Assembly (NCBI GenBank): GCA_017438865.1
Contig: JAFRUN010000063.1
Span: forward strand, 85,949-149,948
Direction: 5' to 3'
Origin: Clostridia bacterium
Lineage (GTDB): Bacteria; Bacillota; Clostridia; Christensenellales; CAG-138
DNA length: 64,000 bases
In this document: piece after piece, positions 34,997 through 44,088 of the stretch
How positions within the stretch are numbered: the first letter of the stretch is position 1
Layout: each line of letters begins with the position of its first letter
Position numbers and translations under genes: made by a program
The notes under the pieces: generated by a model
What the model saw: the letters and a program-made list of their open reading frames with translations, nothing else
Databases searched by the model: none
Told to the model about the DNA's origin: nothing

Positions 34997-35563
34997 TTAA
35001 TTCCTCGTCATCAATACCACCGTCTCATCAGTTGTTTGATTTTGTTGGAAATTGATATTTTCTGCTTCACATCGAAGTCGATAGAATTGCTTTACCCATT
35101 CGGGAAGTTTTTCTACGTCGTCCTTTATTCTTATAAGAGTCCGCTTCCCAACTCTTCTATCCATATAGGCAAATACACGCAGCAGAAGGTTATCTGATGT
35201 AAGAGAAGAGGAAATATCTGTTTTCAGATAAATGGTTATGGAGTTAATGAAATCTATTTCACAAAGTTTGCCCTCTGGCATCCACTTTTTCTTTTCCATT
35301 TCTCCATATGAGATCTTCTTGCCCTCTTTGTAGAGTTGAGACATCTCGTACTCCTGCGCATACATTTCCACCCACGAGAACGCAACCATTTCTTTTTTCT
35401 TGTAGTTGATGGTTGCTCTCCCGTAAGCGTTATGTACTTCGTGATAAGTGGTATAGAAATATTGTATTTTATCTTTCAGTGAATCGCATAGTAAATCATT
35501 CATCTGACTTTTCAGATTGCTCCATGATTTGTATCTGCTCTTTTCATCAGAAATCATTTTCAT
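34997..35563 (-). CDS. Conserved hypothetical protein (resembles the family NCBI labels SF0329), in frame with the end of rlmD
   Basis: Internal RBS GAAGGAAG, then ATG (35563) AAA ATG. YKSWSNLKSQMNDLLCDSLKDKI... and C-terminal ...AYMDRRVGKRTL...QFYRLRCE match the family as I remember it. Confidence 0.55.
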   Translation of the reverse strand: MKMISDEKSRYKSWSNLKSQMNDLLCDSLKDKIQYFYTTYHEVHNAYGRATINYKKKEMVAFSWVEMYAQEYEMSQLYKEGKKISYGEMEKKKWMPEGKLCEIDFINSITIYLKTDISSSLTSDNLLLRVFAYMDRRVGKRTLIRIKDDVEKLPEWVKQFYRLRCEAENINFQQNQTTDETVVLMTRN

Positions 35564-36922
35564 CTCTTCCTTCTCGTCTCTACGCAAAAGAACAACCGTC
35601 TCCACATGCTGCGTGTGCGGGAACATGTCGACCGGCTGCACATGTTCGATACGGAAGCCGTAGGTCGACAGGATCTTCGCGTCCCTGGCAAGCGTCGCAG
35701 GATTGCATGAAACATACACAAGCCGGTTAACGCCGCTTTCGGCGATCGCGTTGAGCACCGCTTCCTCGCAGCCCTTTCGCGGCGGATCGATGACGATCGC
35801 GTCGGGACGCATGCCCTTTTCCACGAGCGACGGAAGGACGTCCTCGGCAAGCCCGCACAAAAACAATGTGTTTTCGATTCCGTTCAATGCGGCGTTTTTC
35901 TTTGCGTCTTCGATCGCTTCCGGAACGCATTCGATCCCAATCACGCTTTTTGCGTGCCGCGCAAGCGCAAGCGAGATCGTTCCGATCCCGCAGTACACGT
36001 CGGCGACCGATTCGTCCGGCTTCGGATCGAGAAGGCGGATCGCGGTGTCGTAAAGGACTTCCGTTTGCGTCGGATTCACCTGCAGAAAGCTCTGCGGACT
36101 GACAAGGAACTGCAAATCCCCCTGCCGTTCCGTGATCGCGGGGCTGCCTTTCAAAAGACGGAACGACGGTCCGAACAGCACATTGGTATTTCTGTCGTTG
36201 CGGTTATGATACAGCGATTCCGTGTCGATCATCCGCGTCAGCGATTCCTCCGCGGGCAGCTCGCCCTTTGTGACGACGGCAACCATCCGCTCGCCGGTCG
36301 ACGCGATGCGCACGACACAGGCGCGAAGGCACCCTTTGCCGGTCGTTTCGTCATATACGCGCACATGATTCCGCTTCGCCCATTCCGTGACGGTCCGCGC
36401 GATCGCCGTGATGCGTGCATCCTCGATCGGGCAGTCAAACAGCGGGATCAGCCGGTGACTGCGCTCCGCATAGAAACCGAAAACGACCGCGCCGTCGACA
36501 GAGCCGACCGGAAAGCTGCCCTTGTTGCGGTAACGCCACGGATCGGACATACCGATCGTGTCCTGCACTTCGACGCCTGTGAATCCGCCGAGACGTTCGA
36601 GACAGTCGCGGACGATCTGCGTTTTCGTTTTCAGCTGTTCCGCATAGTCCATGTGCATCAGCGCACAGCCGCCGCACTTTTCATACGCTTCGCAAAGCGG
36701 CGCGACACGATGCGGCGAACGGGAAAGGATCTCGACGACTTTGGCGATGCAGAAGCGTTTTTCGATCTTGATGATATGCGCCTTTACGGTCTCGCCGGGC
36801 AGCGCGAACGGGACGAAGAACGCGACGCCCTCGCTTCTGCCGACGCCCTGCCCTTCGCTCGTGACGCCCGTGATCTCAAGGATCAGCTCCTGATTTTTCT
36901 GAAAAGGATTCTCCCGGATCAT
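34997..36922 (-). CDS. rlmD: 23S rRNA (uracil-5-)-methyltransferase RlmD/RumA with a 188-aa in-frame 3' extension
   Basis: TRAM N-terminus, Fe-S Cys cluster CEAYEKCGGCALMH, SAM motif DVYCGIGT, DPPRKG and C-terminal DMFPHTQHVETVVLL. The normal end is expected at about 35575, but there is no stop until 34997. Confidence 0.85.
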   Translation of the reverse strand: MIRENPFQKNQELILEITGVTSEGQGVGRSEGVAFFVPFALPGETVKAHIIKIEKRFCIAKVVEILSRSPHRVAPLCEAYEKCGGCALMHMDYAEQLKTKTQIVRDCLERLGGFTGVEVQDTIGMSDPWRYRNKGSFPVGSVDGAVVFGFYAERSHRLIPLFDCPIEDARITAIARTVTEWAKRNHVRVYDETTGKGCLRACVVRIASTGERMVAVVTKGELPAEESLTRMIDTESLYHNRNDRNTNVLFGPSFRLLKGSPAITERQGDLQFLVSPQSFLQVNPTQTEVLYDTAIRLLDPKPDESVADVYCGIGTISLALARHAKSVIGIECVPEAIEDAKKNAALNGIENTLFLCGLAEDVLPSLVEKGMRPDAIVIDPPRKGCEEAVLNAIAESGVNRLVYVSCNPATLARDAKILSTYGFRIEHVQPVDMFPHTQHVETVVLLRRDEKEEMKMISDEKSRYKSWSNLKSQMNDLLCDSLKDKIQYFYTTYHEVHNAYGRATINYKKKEMVAFSWVEMYAQEYEMSQLYKEGKKISYGEMEKKKWMPEGKLCEIDFINSITIYLKTDISSSLTSDNLLLRVFAYMDRRVGKRTLIRIKDDVEKLPEWVKQFYRLRCEAENINFQQNQTTDETVVLMTRN

Positions 36923-39900
36923 TTCAGCACCACGTTTTCCTCTCCGAATTCGGATTTCAGCGCCGCAAGCAGCGATTCGCTCGGGTTTACCGACCAGTCT
37001 TTCGGCGCGCCTTTGGCGATCTTTTTGGCGGTATCGTAAAGCACGACGGACGTGTTGCCCGGATAGGCGTGCGTTATACGGCGAACGCGCTTCTGCTGCT
37101 CGGCGTCGAGATACGGAAGACGGATATACAGCGTCTGCAGCGCGTCCTTCAGCGAGCGCAGCGAATCGACCAGGATCGAGTTTGCGCGGTCCTCACGGAT
37201 CGACAGGCGCCCCGTGATCTCAACGATGTTCTCATCGTAAAACTGACCGGAGCACGCCTGCAGCGCTTTCGGAAACAGCATCAGCTCCACCGTGCCGGAA
37301 TGTCCTTCGAGCACGCCGAGTCCGATCAGCCCGCTGCCGCTCTTGGTGGGACGCTGCTTGCAGGCGGAAAGCATGCCGCCGACCGTGACGAGCGCGTCGT
37401 CCCTGATCTCGCCGGTTCCGTCCGCCTCGGAAAGCTGCAGAACGGAATACGGCATACGGTCGAGGATCGCGCCGTAAGCGTCGAGCGGATGTCCGGACAG
37501 ATACAGCCCCGTCGCTTCGCGCTCCTTCGCAAGCAGCAGCGTATGGCTCATTTCCGGCATATCCGGGATCGTGAGCGACGCTTCCGCGGAAAGCTCGCGG
37601 CCGCCGTCAAGATCGAACAGCGAAAGCTGACCGGCTTCGCGCGTTTTCTGCGCGCGCTGCGCGGCGTCGAGCGCCTGCGCGTAAACCGACAGCAGACTGC
37701 TGCGCGTGTATCCCATTTCATCGAAGCATCCGGCGGAGATCAGTCCTTCGAGCATTCGTTTGTTGAGCCCGTGCGTGCGGTTGACGAAATCCTCGAAGCT
37801 CTTGAACGGCCCGTTCAGCTTCCGGTCCTGCACGACGTCGCGCATGACGTTTTCGGACACGTTGCGCACCGATGAAAGTCCGAAGCGGATCGCATCGTTT
37901 TCCACGTTGAACAGCGCCATCGAACGGTTGACGTCCGGCGGAAGGATTTTGATCCCCTGCCGCCGCGCGCTGTATACATACGCGGCGACGCTGTCGGTGT
38001 TCTGGCGGTAGCCGTTGATGGTGGCGGCGAACAGTTCCGCGGGATAATAGTGCTTGAGATACGCGGTGCGGTACGCCACGACCGCATAGCAGGCGGCGTG
38101 CGCCTTATTGAACGCATAGGACGCGAAGTCCATCATCTCGTCAAAGATATGGTTCGCGACGTCCTCCGGCACGCCGCGCTTGATCGCGCCGTCGACGCCG
38201 TCCGTGCCGTACACGAAGAAGGTCCGTTCCTTCGCCATCACATCGTGTTTCTTTTTCGACATGGCGCGACGGACAAGATCGCTTCGTCCGTAGCTGTACC
38301 CCGCAAGCGAACGCACGATCTCCATGACCTGTTCCTGATAGACCATACAGCCGTAGGTGTTTTTCAGGATCGGCTCCATCAGCGGATGCGCGTATTCGAT
38401 ATTGCCTTCGTGCTTGCCCCGAATGTAGCGCGGGATCTGCTCCATCGGACCGGGGCGATACAGCGAAATGCCTGCGATCAGGTCTTCGAAGCAGTCCGGA
38501 CGGAGCTGCATCATGAACTGCCGCATACCGCCGGATTCGAGCTGGAACACGGCGTCCGTATCGCCGGACGCGATCATGTTCCATACGCCGGGATCGTCAA
38601 AGTCGTTTTTCGAGAAATCGGGAACCGGCTTTCCCTCCTGCCGGATGAAGTTCAGCGTGTCGCGAATGATCGTGAGCGTTCTGAGCCCCAGGAAATCCAT
38701 CTTGAGCAGACCGAGCTCTTCGAGCGTGGTCATCGGGAACTGCGTGGTCAGAGCGCCTTCGTTGCTCGTCAGCGGAACGACCGTGTTCAGCGGAACGCCG
38801 GAGATCACAACGCCCGCGGCGTGCGTCGAGCTGTGCCGCGGAAGCCCTTCGAGCTTCATGGAAAGATCGAGCACCTTTCGCATCGTCTCGTCGGAGTCGT
38901 ACAGCGCTTTCAGCTCCGCGTTCATCTGGATCGCGTCGGACAGCGTGATTTTCAGCACGTTCGGGATCAGCTTCGCCAGCTTGTCCGCATCCGCATACGG
39001 AACGCGCAGCACGCGCGCAACGTCGCGGACGACCGCCTTTGCTGCCATCGTGCCGAACGTAATGATCTGCGCCACATGCCCCTCGCCGTATTTCCGGCCG
39101 ACGTAGTCGATGACCTCCTGACGGCGTTCGTAGCAGAAGTCGACGTCAAAGTCCGGCATGGAGACGCGCTCGGGGTTCAGAAACCGCTCGAACAGCAGGT
39201 TGTACTTCAGCGGATCGACGTCGGTGATGTCGAGGAAGTACGCGGCAAGCGACGCCGCGCCGCTGCCTCTGCCTGGCCCGACCATGATGTCGTGCGTCTT
39301 TGCGTAATGGATGAAGTCCCAGACGATCAGATAATAGTCGACGAACCCCATCTTTTCGATGATCGAAAGCTCGTATTCCAGCCGGTCGCGCGCTTCCTTG
39401 CCCGCGTTCGGCATCTTGCGCCGCATGCCTTCGTCGCAGAGCTTGCGCAGGAACGTTTTGTTGTCCGTTCCGTCCGGCGCGGTAAAGTGCGGGAGACGAC
39501 GAACGCCGAACTGTATCTCGACATTGCATTTCTCGGCGATCTCATTTGTGCGGTCGAGCGCATCCGTATCGTCCGGCAGCGCTTCCGCCATTTCGTCGTA
39601 GGATTTCAGATAGAATTCCTCAGTCTCCATCCGCATACGGTCGGTCTCGTCGACGAACCGCTGCGTCTGGATGCACAGAAGCACGTCCTGCGCCTCCGCG
39701 TCGTCCTTTGTGACGTAGTGAATGTCATTCGTACCGACGGTATTGATACCGAGCGTTTTTGCGAGCTTCCGGAGCTTCGGCAGGACCTCCTGCTGCTCTG
39801 GAATGCCGTGATTCTGCAGTTCGATATAAAAGTCCTCGCCGAACATTTCGTGCAGCATCCGCGCGATCTCATAGGCGCGTTCGTCCTGTCCGCGCAGAAA

Positions 39901-40335
39901 GGATTGCGGAATATCGCCGGCGAGACAGGCGGAAAGACAGATCAGTCCTTCGTGATGCGCGCGCAGAAGCTCATAGTCGATGCGCGGCTTGTAATAGAAT
40001 CCGTGAATGAACGCTTCGGAGGACAGCAGCATCAGGTTCTGATACCCGGTCTGATCCTTTGCAAGCAGAATAAGATGCGCCGAATCGCGCTCCTTGCCGT
40101 CCGCCGCGTCGTAGCGTCCTTTGGCAACGTAGGTCTCCATGCCGAGGATCGGCTTGATCCCCTCCGCCCTGCACGCGCGATAAAAGTCGATGACGCCGTA
40201 CATCACGCCGTGATCCGTGATCGCAAGCGCGGTCTGACCGAGCGCTTTCGCACGCTTCACGAGATCAGGAATGCGCGATGCGCCGTCGAGCAGACTGTAC
40301 TGCGTATGCACATGCAAATGGACAAACGGTTTCAT
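36919..40335 (-). CDS. dnaE: DNA polymerase III alpha subunit
   Basis: PHP domain HLHVHTQYSLLDG, palm/fingers motifs and an OB-fold C-terminus. ATG at 40335 with RBS GGAGGG preferred over 40392. Confidence 0.95.
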   Translation of the reverse strand: MKPFVHLHVHTQYSLLDGASRIPDLVKRAKALGQTALAITDHGVMYGVIDFYRACRAEGIKPILGMETYVAKGRYDAADGKERDSAHLILLAKDQTGYQNLMLLSSEAFIHGFYYKPRIDYELLRAHHEGLICLSACLAGDIPQSFLRGQDERAYEIARMLHEMFGEDFYIELQNHGIPEQQEVLPKLRKLAKTLGINTVGTNDIHYVTKDDAEAQDVLLCIQTQRFVDETDRMRMETEEFYLKSYDEMAEALPDDTDALDRTNEIAEKCNVEIQFGVRRLPHFTAPDGTDNKTFLRKLCDEGMRRKMPNAGKEARDRLEYELSIIEKMGFVDYYLIVWDFIHYAKTHDIMVGPGRGSGAASLAAYFLDITDVDPLKYNLLFERFLNPERVSMPDFDVDFCYERRQEVIDYVGRKYGEGHVAQIITFGTMAAKAVVRDVARVLRVPYADADKLAKLIPNVLKITLSDAIQMNAELKALYDSDETMRKVLDLSMKLEGLPRHSSTHAAGVVISGVPLNTVVPLTSNEGALTTQFPMTTLEELGLLKMDFLGLRTLTIIRDTLNFIRQEGKPVPDFSKNDFDDPGVWNMIASGDTDAVFQLESGGMRQFMMQLRPDCFEDLIAGISLYRPGPMEQIPRYIRGKHEGNIEYAHPLMEPILKNTYGCMVYQEQVMEIVRSLAGYSYGRSDLVRRAMSKKKHDVMAKERTFFVYGTDGVDGAIKRGVPEDVANHIFDEMMDFASYAFNKAHAACYAVVAYRTAYLKHYYPAELFAATINGYRQNTDSVAAYVYSARRQGIKILPPDVNRSMALFNVENDAIRFGLSSVRNVSENVMRDVVQDRKLNGPFKSFEDFVNRTHGLNKRMLEGLISAGCFDEMGYTRSSLLSVYAQALDAAQRAQKTREAGQLSLFDLDGGRELSAEASLTIPDMPEMSHTLLLAKEREATGLYLSGHPLDAYGAILDRMPYSVLQLSEADGTGEIRDDALVTVGGMLSACKQRPTKSGSGLIGLGVLEGHSGTVELMLFPKALQACSGQFYDENIVEITGRLSIREDRANSILVDSLRSLKDALQTLYIRLPYLDAEQQKRVRRITHAYPGNTSVVLYDTAKKIAKGAPKDWSVNPSESLLAALKSEFGEENVVLK

Positions 40336-40363
40336 GGATCCCTCCGCATATTTCTTCAGAATA

Positions 40364-40392
40364 ATTATAGCACAGGGACCTCTTTTGTGCAA
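40364..40392 (-). promoter_or_regulatory. Sigma-A-like promoter for dnaE
   Basis: On the minus strand, TTGCAC (40392-40387), 17 nt spacer, TATAAT (40369-40364). Confidence 0.6.
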
Positions 40393-40393
40393 T

Positions 40394-40417
40394 AAAAAAG
40401 AACGGCTTGCGCCGTTC
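40394..40417 (-). terminator. Rho-independent terminator after dapB
   Basis: On the minus strand, GAACGGC gcaa GCCGTTC followed by TTTTTT. Confidence 0.8.
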
Positions 40418-40430
40418 GGAAAGACTCTGT

Positions 40431-41198
40431 TCAGTTCAGAAGTTCGTTTACGAGATCGTCCATCGAAAACAGGCCGTTCTGTTTCGTCAGAAGGAACTGC
40501 GCGGCTTTCAAAGCGCCGTTTGCAAACACCTGCTTCGAGTACGCTTCGTGCCGCACCGAAAGCTCCTCGTCCTGCCCGATAAACCGGACCTCGTGCTGTC
40601 CGACGATCGTTCCGCCGCGAACGCTGTGGAACCCGATCTCTCCGGGCGAACGTCGGCGGTCCTTCTCGCTGCGTCCGAACACATAGGCGTGTTTCGTCCG
40701 GTCCGCTTCGGAGATCGCTTCCGCCAGCATCAGCGCGGTGCCGCTCGGCGCATCCTTTTTGCGGTTGTGATGCGTTTCGATGATTTCGATGTCGAACGCG
40801 TCGCCGAGCGTCTGTCTTGCCTGCTTCAGAAGCACGCGCATGAGATTGACGCCGAGCGACATGTTTCCGGACCGGAAAACGGGGATCTCTTTGCTTGCCG
40901 CGTCGATTTCGGCAATCAGCCCGTCGGAAAGCGCGGTCGTGCAGATCACGGCGGGGATCTTCTTTTCCAAACAGAACGCAAGAATTTCCTCCGTCGCTTT
41001 CGGCACGGAAAAGTCGATCACGACGTCGACCGAGACGTCGACGTCGACCGCCGACGCAAAAACGGGAAACGGAAGATCCTCCGCGCAGAACGGATCGACG
41101 CCGCCGACGATCTCGAATCCGTGATCGGATTCGCGGATCGTTTTTACGAGCGCCCGCCCCATCTGTCCGCCGATTCCGTTGATCAGAAGTCGTTTCAA
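40431..41198 (-). CDS. dapB: 4-hydroxy-tetrahydrodipicolinate reductase
   Basis: N-terminal Rossmann LLINGIGGQMG and E.HH..K.D.PSGTA motif (ETHHNRKKDAPSGTA). Confidence 0.9.
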   Translation of the reverse strand: MKRLLINGIGGQMGRALVKTIRESDHGFEIVGGVDPFCAEDLPFPVFASAVDVDVSVDVVIDFSVPKATEEILAFCLEKKIPAVICTTALSDGLIAEIDAASKEIPVFRSGNMSLGVNLMRVLLKQARQTLGDAFDIEIIETHHNRKKDAPSGTALMLAEAISEADRTKHAYVFGRSEKDRRRSPGEIGFHSVRGGTIVGQHEVRFIGQDEELSVRHEAYSKQVFANGALKAAQFLLTKQNGLFSMDDLVNELLN

Positions 41199-41208
41199 TG
41201 GCTTACCC

Positions 41209-42087
41209 TCACAGCATTCCGTATTCGCGCAGCGTGTTTTCCATCAGCTCGTAATGCTCGATCGACGGCTTGACGAGCGGCAGGCGGACTTCCGGATCGC
41301 AGAGCTTCAAAAGTCCCATCATGGTTTTGATCGGGATCGGATTGACCTCGCAGAACGCCGCCTGCTGCAGCGGCAGAAGCGCAAGCTGCAGGCGCTTCGC
41401 TTCCTCGACGTCGCCGTCGGAATACGCCTTGCACATCATGTGCATTGCTTCCGGATGGATGTTCGCAATGGTCGAAATAACGCCCTTGCCGCCGATCGAC
41501 ATGATCGGAACGACCTGATCGTCGTTGCCGGAATAGATGTCGCATTCGGGGCAGATCGCGGCAAGCCGCGTGATCTGGCTGATATCGCCGCTCGCTTCCT
41601 TGATGCCGACGATGTTTTCGCAGGAACGGACCAGCTTCGCAACGGTCTCCGGCTTGATATTCAGTCCCGTTCTGGACGGAACGTTATAGATGATGATCGG
41701 CAGACGCACCTGTTCGGCGATCGAACTGTAATGCGCCAGAAGCCCCTCCTGCGAGGTCTTGTTGTAGAACGGCGTCACGATCAAAAGTCCGTCCGCGCCG
41801 ACCGCCTCGGCAAAGCGGCTCTTCTGGATGGCGTCCTCCGTGTTGTTGCTGCCCGTACCGACGATGACCGGGATACGGTTGGCGACGCGTTCCACAACGA
41901 AGCGGATGACCTCTTCGCGCTCGTCCTCCATCAGTGTGGCGGCTTCGCCGGTCGTACCGAGCGCGACGATGGCGTCCGTGCCGGAAGCGATCTGCAGCTC
42001 GATGAGCCGCGTCATCGCGGTAAAATCGACGGAACCGTCATGAAACGGCGTGATCAAAGCAACGGCGGATCCTGTGAAAATGCTCAT
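41209..42087 (-). CDS. dapA: 4-hydroxy-tetrahydrodipicolinate synthase
   Basis: ALITPF, GTTGEA and YNVPSRTG motifs. ATG at 42087 (RBS GGGGGA) forms an ATGA overlap with the asd stop. Confidence 0.92.
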   Translation of the reverse strand: MSIFTGSAVALITPFHDGSVDFTAMTRLIELQIASGTDAIVALGTTGEAATLMEDEREEVIRFVVERVANRIPVIVGTGSNNTEDAIQKSRFAEAVGADGLLIVTPFYNKTSQEGLLAHYSSIAEQVRLPIIIYNVPSRTGLNIKPETVAKLVRSCENIVGIKEASGDISQITRLAAICPECDIYSGNDDQVVPIMSIGGKGVISTIANIHPEAMHMMCKAYSDGDVEEAKRLQLALLPLQQAAFCEVNPIPIKTMMGLLKLCDPEVRLPLVKPSIEHYELMENTLREYGML

Positions 42088-43085
42088 TGTTTTTCCCCCT
42101 TTATCAATAGCTCCATGATCTGAACCGCGTTCAAAGCGGCTCCTTTGCGGATGTTGTCCGCGACGCACCAGAAATTCAATCCGTTCTCGACGGATCCGTC
42201 CCTGCGGATCCTGCCGACATAAACGGGATCGGTCCCCGCCGCCTCGATCGGCATCGGATAAACGTTGTTCTTCGGATCGTCCCGGACGACGATCCCCTCT
42301 TTTTCGTTCAGCAGACGGAAGACCTCTGAAAGCTCGAACGGACGCTCGAACTCAACGTTGATGCTTTCGCTGTGTCCGTGATAGACCGGCACGCGCACGC
42401 AGGTCGCGGAAACGCGAAGGTCCGGACGGCTCAGGATCTTGCGCGTTTCATCGATCATTTTCCGTTCTTCCTTGGTATTGCCGTTTTCAAGAAAAACGTC
42501 GATGTGCGGGATGCAGTTTCCGGCGATCGGATGCGGAAACTTCTTTGGCAGCGCGCCGCATAACCCGTCTTCAAGGTCCTGATAGCCCTTCTGCCCGGCG
42601 CCGGAAACCGCCTGATAGGTGGAATACACGACGCGGCGGATATGAAACGCATCGTCGAGCACCTTCAGCGGCACGACCGCCTGGATCGTGGAGCAGTTCG
42701 GGTTGGCGACGATTCCCTTCGGAACGGACGCGAGCGCTTCCGGATTGACCTCCGGCACAACGAGCGGAACGTCCGGATCCATGCGCCACTGGCTGGAATT
42801 GTCGATCACGATCGCGCCGGCTGCGGCGGCAAGCGGCGCGTACTTTGCGCTGATCGAACCGCCTGCGGAGAACAGCGCGTATGAAAACCCTTTGCCGGCA
42901 AAGCTGTCTTCTTTGAGCTCCGAAACGGTGTGCTCCTTCCCGAAAAAGGTCAGCTTTTTCCCGGCGCTGTTTGCCGAGGCAAACAGTTCATATTCGGCGT
43001 CGATCCCGTGCTCCTCGAGAACCGTCAGAAACATTCTTCCGACCATTCCGGTCGCGCCGACGACGGCGATCCTGCGTTTACCCAT
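42084..43085 (-). CDS. asd: Aspartate-semialdehyde dehydrogenase
   Basis: VVGATGMVG N-terminus and active-site NPNCSTI. Confidence 0.92.
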   Translation of the reverse strand: MGKRRIAVVGATGMVGRMFLTVLEEHGIDAEYELFASANSAGKKLTFFGKEHTVSELKEDSFAGKGFSYALFSAGGSISAKYAPLAAAAGAIVIDNSSQWRMDPDVPLVVPEVNPEALASVPKGIVANPNCSTIQAVVPLKVLDDAFHIRRVVYSTYQAVSGAGQKGYQDLEDGLCGALPKKFPHPIAGNCIPHIDVFLENGNTKEERKMIDETRKILSRPDLRVSATCVRVPVYHGHSESINVEFERPFELSEVFRLLNEKEGIVVRDDPKNNVYPMPIEAAGTDPVYVGRIRRDGSVENGLNFWCVADNIRKGAALNAVQIMELLIKGEKQ

Positions 43086-43102
43086 GCGGAACGCTCCTTT
43101 CG

Positions 43103-43130
43103 ATCATTTGATGATAGTATATCATTTGAT
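43103..43130. repeat. Perfect 10-bp direct repeat ATCATTTGAT x2 straddling the asd -10
   Basis: Copies at 43103-43112 and 43121-43130, 18 bp apart. Confidence 0.7.
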
Positions 43131-43144
43131 ACGTTTCTTGTCAA
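43116..43144 (-). promoter_or_regulatory. Sigma-A-like promoter for asd-dapA-dapB
   Basis: On the minus strand, TTGACA (43144-43139, overlapping the spoIIP stop), 17 nt spacer, TATACT (43121-43116). Confidence 0.65.
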
Positions 43145-44049
43145 TTCGCCGCCCAGTCTGTCTGTTCGACGGTCCCGGGCAGAAATGCATAGACAATGCT
43201 TTCCGCGAGATACGGCATCGCCGCTTTCGCCTGCGCGAGCGTGTTTGCATTGTGACCGACCTCCACAAGGATACAGTCCGGCGCAACATGCTGATTATAG
43301 CGCCCTGTTTTGATGCGCACGGGACGGCACAGCTTCGGATCGATGGAATTCAGATGATCGGTGATGCGCTGCGCAAAAGCGACGTTGGAGGCGTAATACG
43401 GCTTGTCGTTGTACTTCTCGCCTTTGCCGACGACCAGCATCAGTTTTGCCGTTTCCGTACCGTTGATCGTCAGGAAATCGCACGGTGCGGAATCGGTCGT
43501 GTATGCGTCGCGGTGCAGATCGATGAACAGAACGATCGACGGATACTCGCGGTGATATTTCTCCATCGTTGCAAGACTGCGCTCATAAGCTGTCGACAGC
43601 TTCGGCGGTTCGTGATCGGTCGTGTCGTGGATGACCTGGAATCCGTACTCGATCTCCAGGATCTCTTTCAAAACCTCGCCGACGGCGACAATGTTCTGCG
43701 TGTTGTCTTTCGTCCGCCACGCGCCGGCTTCCTTGTAGGTATCTGTCTCCGTCTGCGTATACGCCTCCGTCGTATGCGTGTGATAGATAAGGACGGTCGG
43801 CTTGTCCCGCCGCAAAGACCGGATCGGAGGAAGATTCCGGAAAGAACAGGTAAGCACGGGTACATACGGCTCGGGCTGTTCGTCGATTTGATGAAAGACG
43901 GGTTCGGTTTCCGCTGCGACCGCTTCGACGGGACGGAAAACGAACGCCGCGACCGGCAGAACGCAGAGCCATGCGAGAAACAGCACGATCCATGCAGCCG
44001 CGCCGGGTTCCTTCTCTGCGTGTAAACGGTAATTTCTTTTTCTTTTCAT
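43141..44049 (-). CDS. spoIIP: Stage II sporulation protein P
   Basis: N-terminal TM anchor. VLIYHTHTTEAY, IDLHRD and VEVG motifs of the SpoIIP amidase family. Confidence 0.85.
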   Translation of the reverse strand: MKRKRNYRLHAEKEPGAAAWIVLFLAWLCVLPVAAFVFRPVEAVAAETEPVFHQIDEQPEPYVPVLTCSFRNLPPIRSLRRDKPTVLIYHTHTTEAYTQTETDTYKEAGAWRTKDNTQNIVAVGEVLKEILEIEYGFQVIHDTTDHEPPKLSTAYERSLATMEKYHREYPSIVLFIDLHRDAYTTDSAPCDFLTINGTETAKLMLVVGKGEKYNDKPYYASNVAFAQRITDHLNSIDPKLCRPVRIKTGRYNQHVAPDCILVEVGHNANTLAQAKAAMPYLAESIVYAFLPGTVEQTDWAAN

Positions 44050-44088
44050 GCTGCACCTCCGCTACAGCGTATGCGGCGGTACAGGTAT

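Larger units (their letters stand above)
34690..35575. other. AT-rich islet (about 32-35% G+C against about 60% flanks)
   Basis: Hand counts give 19/60 G+C in line 34921 and 20/60 in line 35041, against 37/60 in line 36001. The composition switch falls at about 35575, inside ORF 34997..36922. Confidence 0.8.

Noticed and set aside
38050-40395. 781-aa ORF on the plus strand
   Set aside because: It is antisense to dnaE, with a shadow-frame composition rich in Arg, His, Val and Asp. There is no RBS and no recognisable domain.
43086-43140. Lysine riboswitch (L-box) upstream of asd-dapA-dapB
   Set aside because: The whole intergenic region is 55 nt and is occupied by the promoter. That leaves no room for an L-box of about 180 nt.
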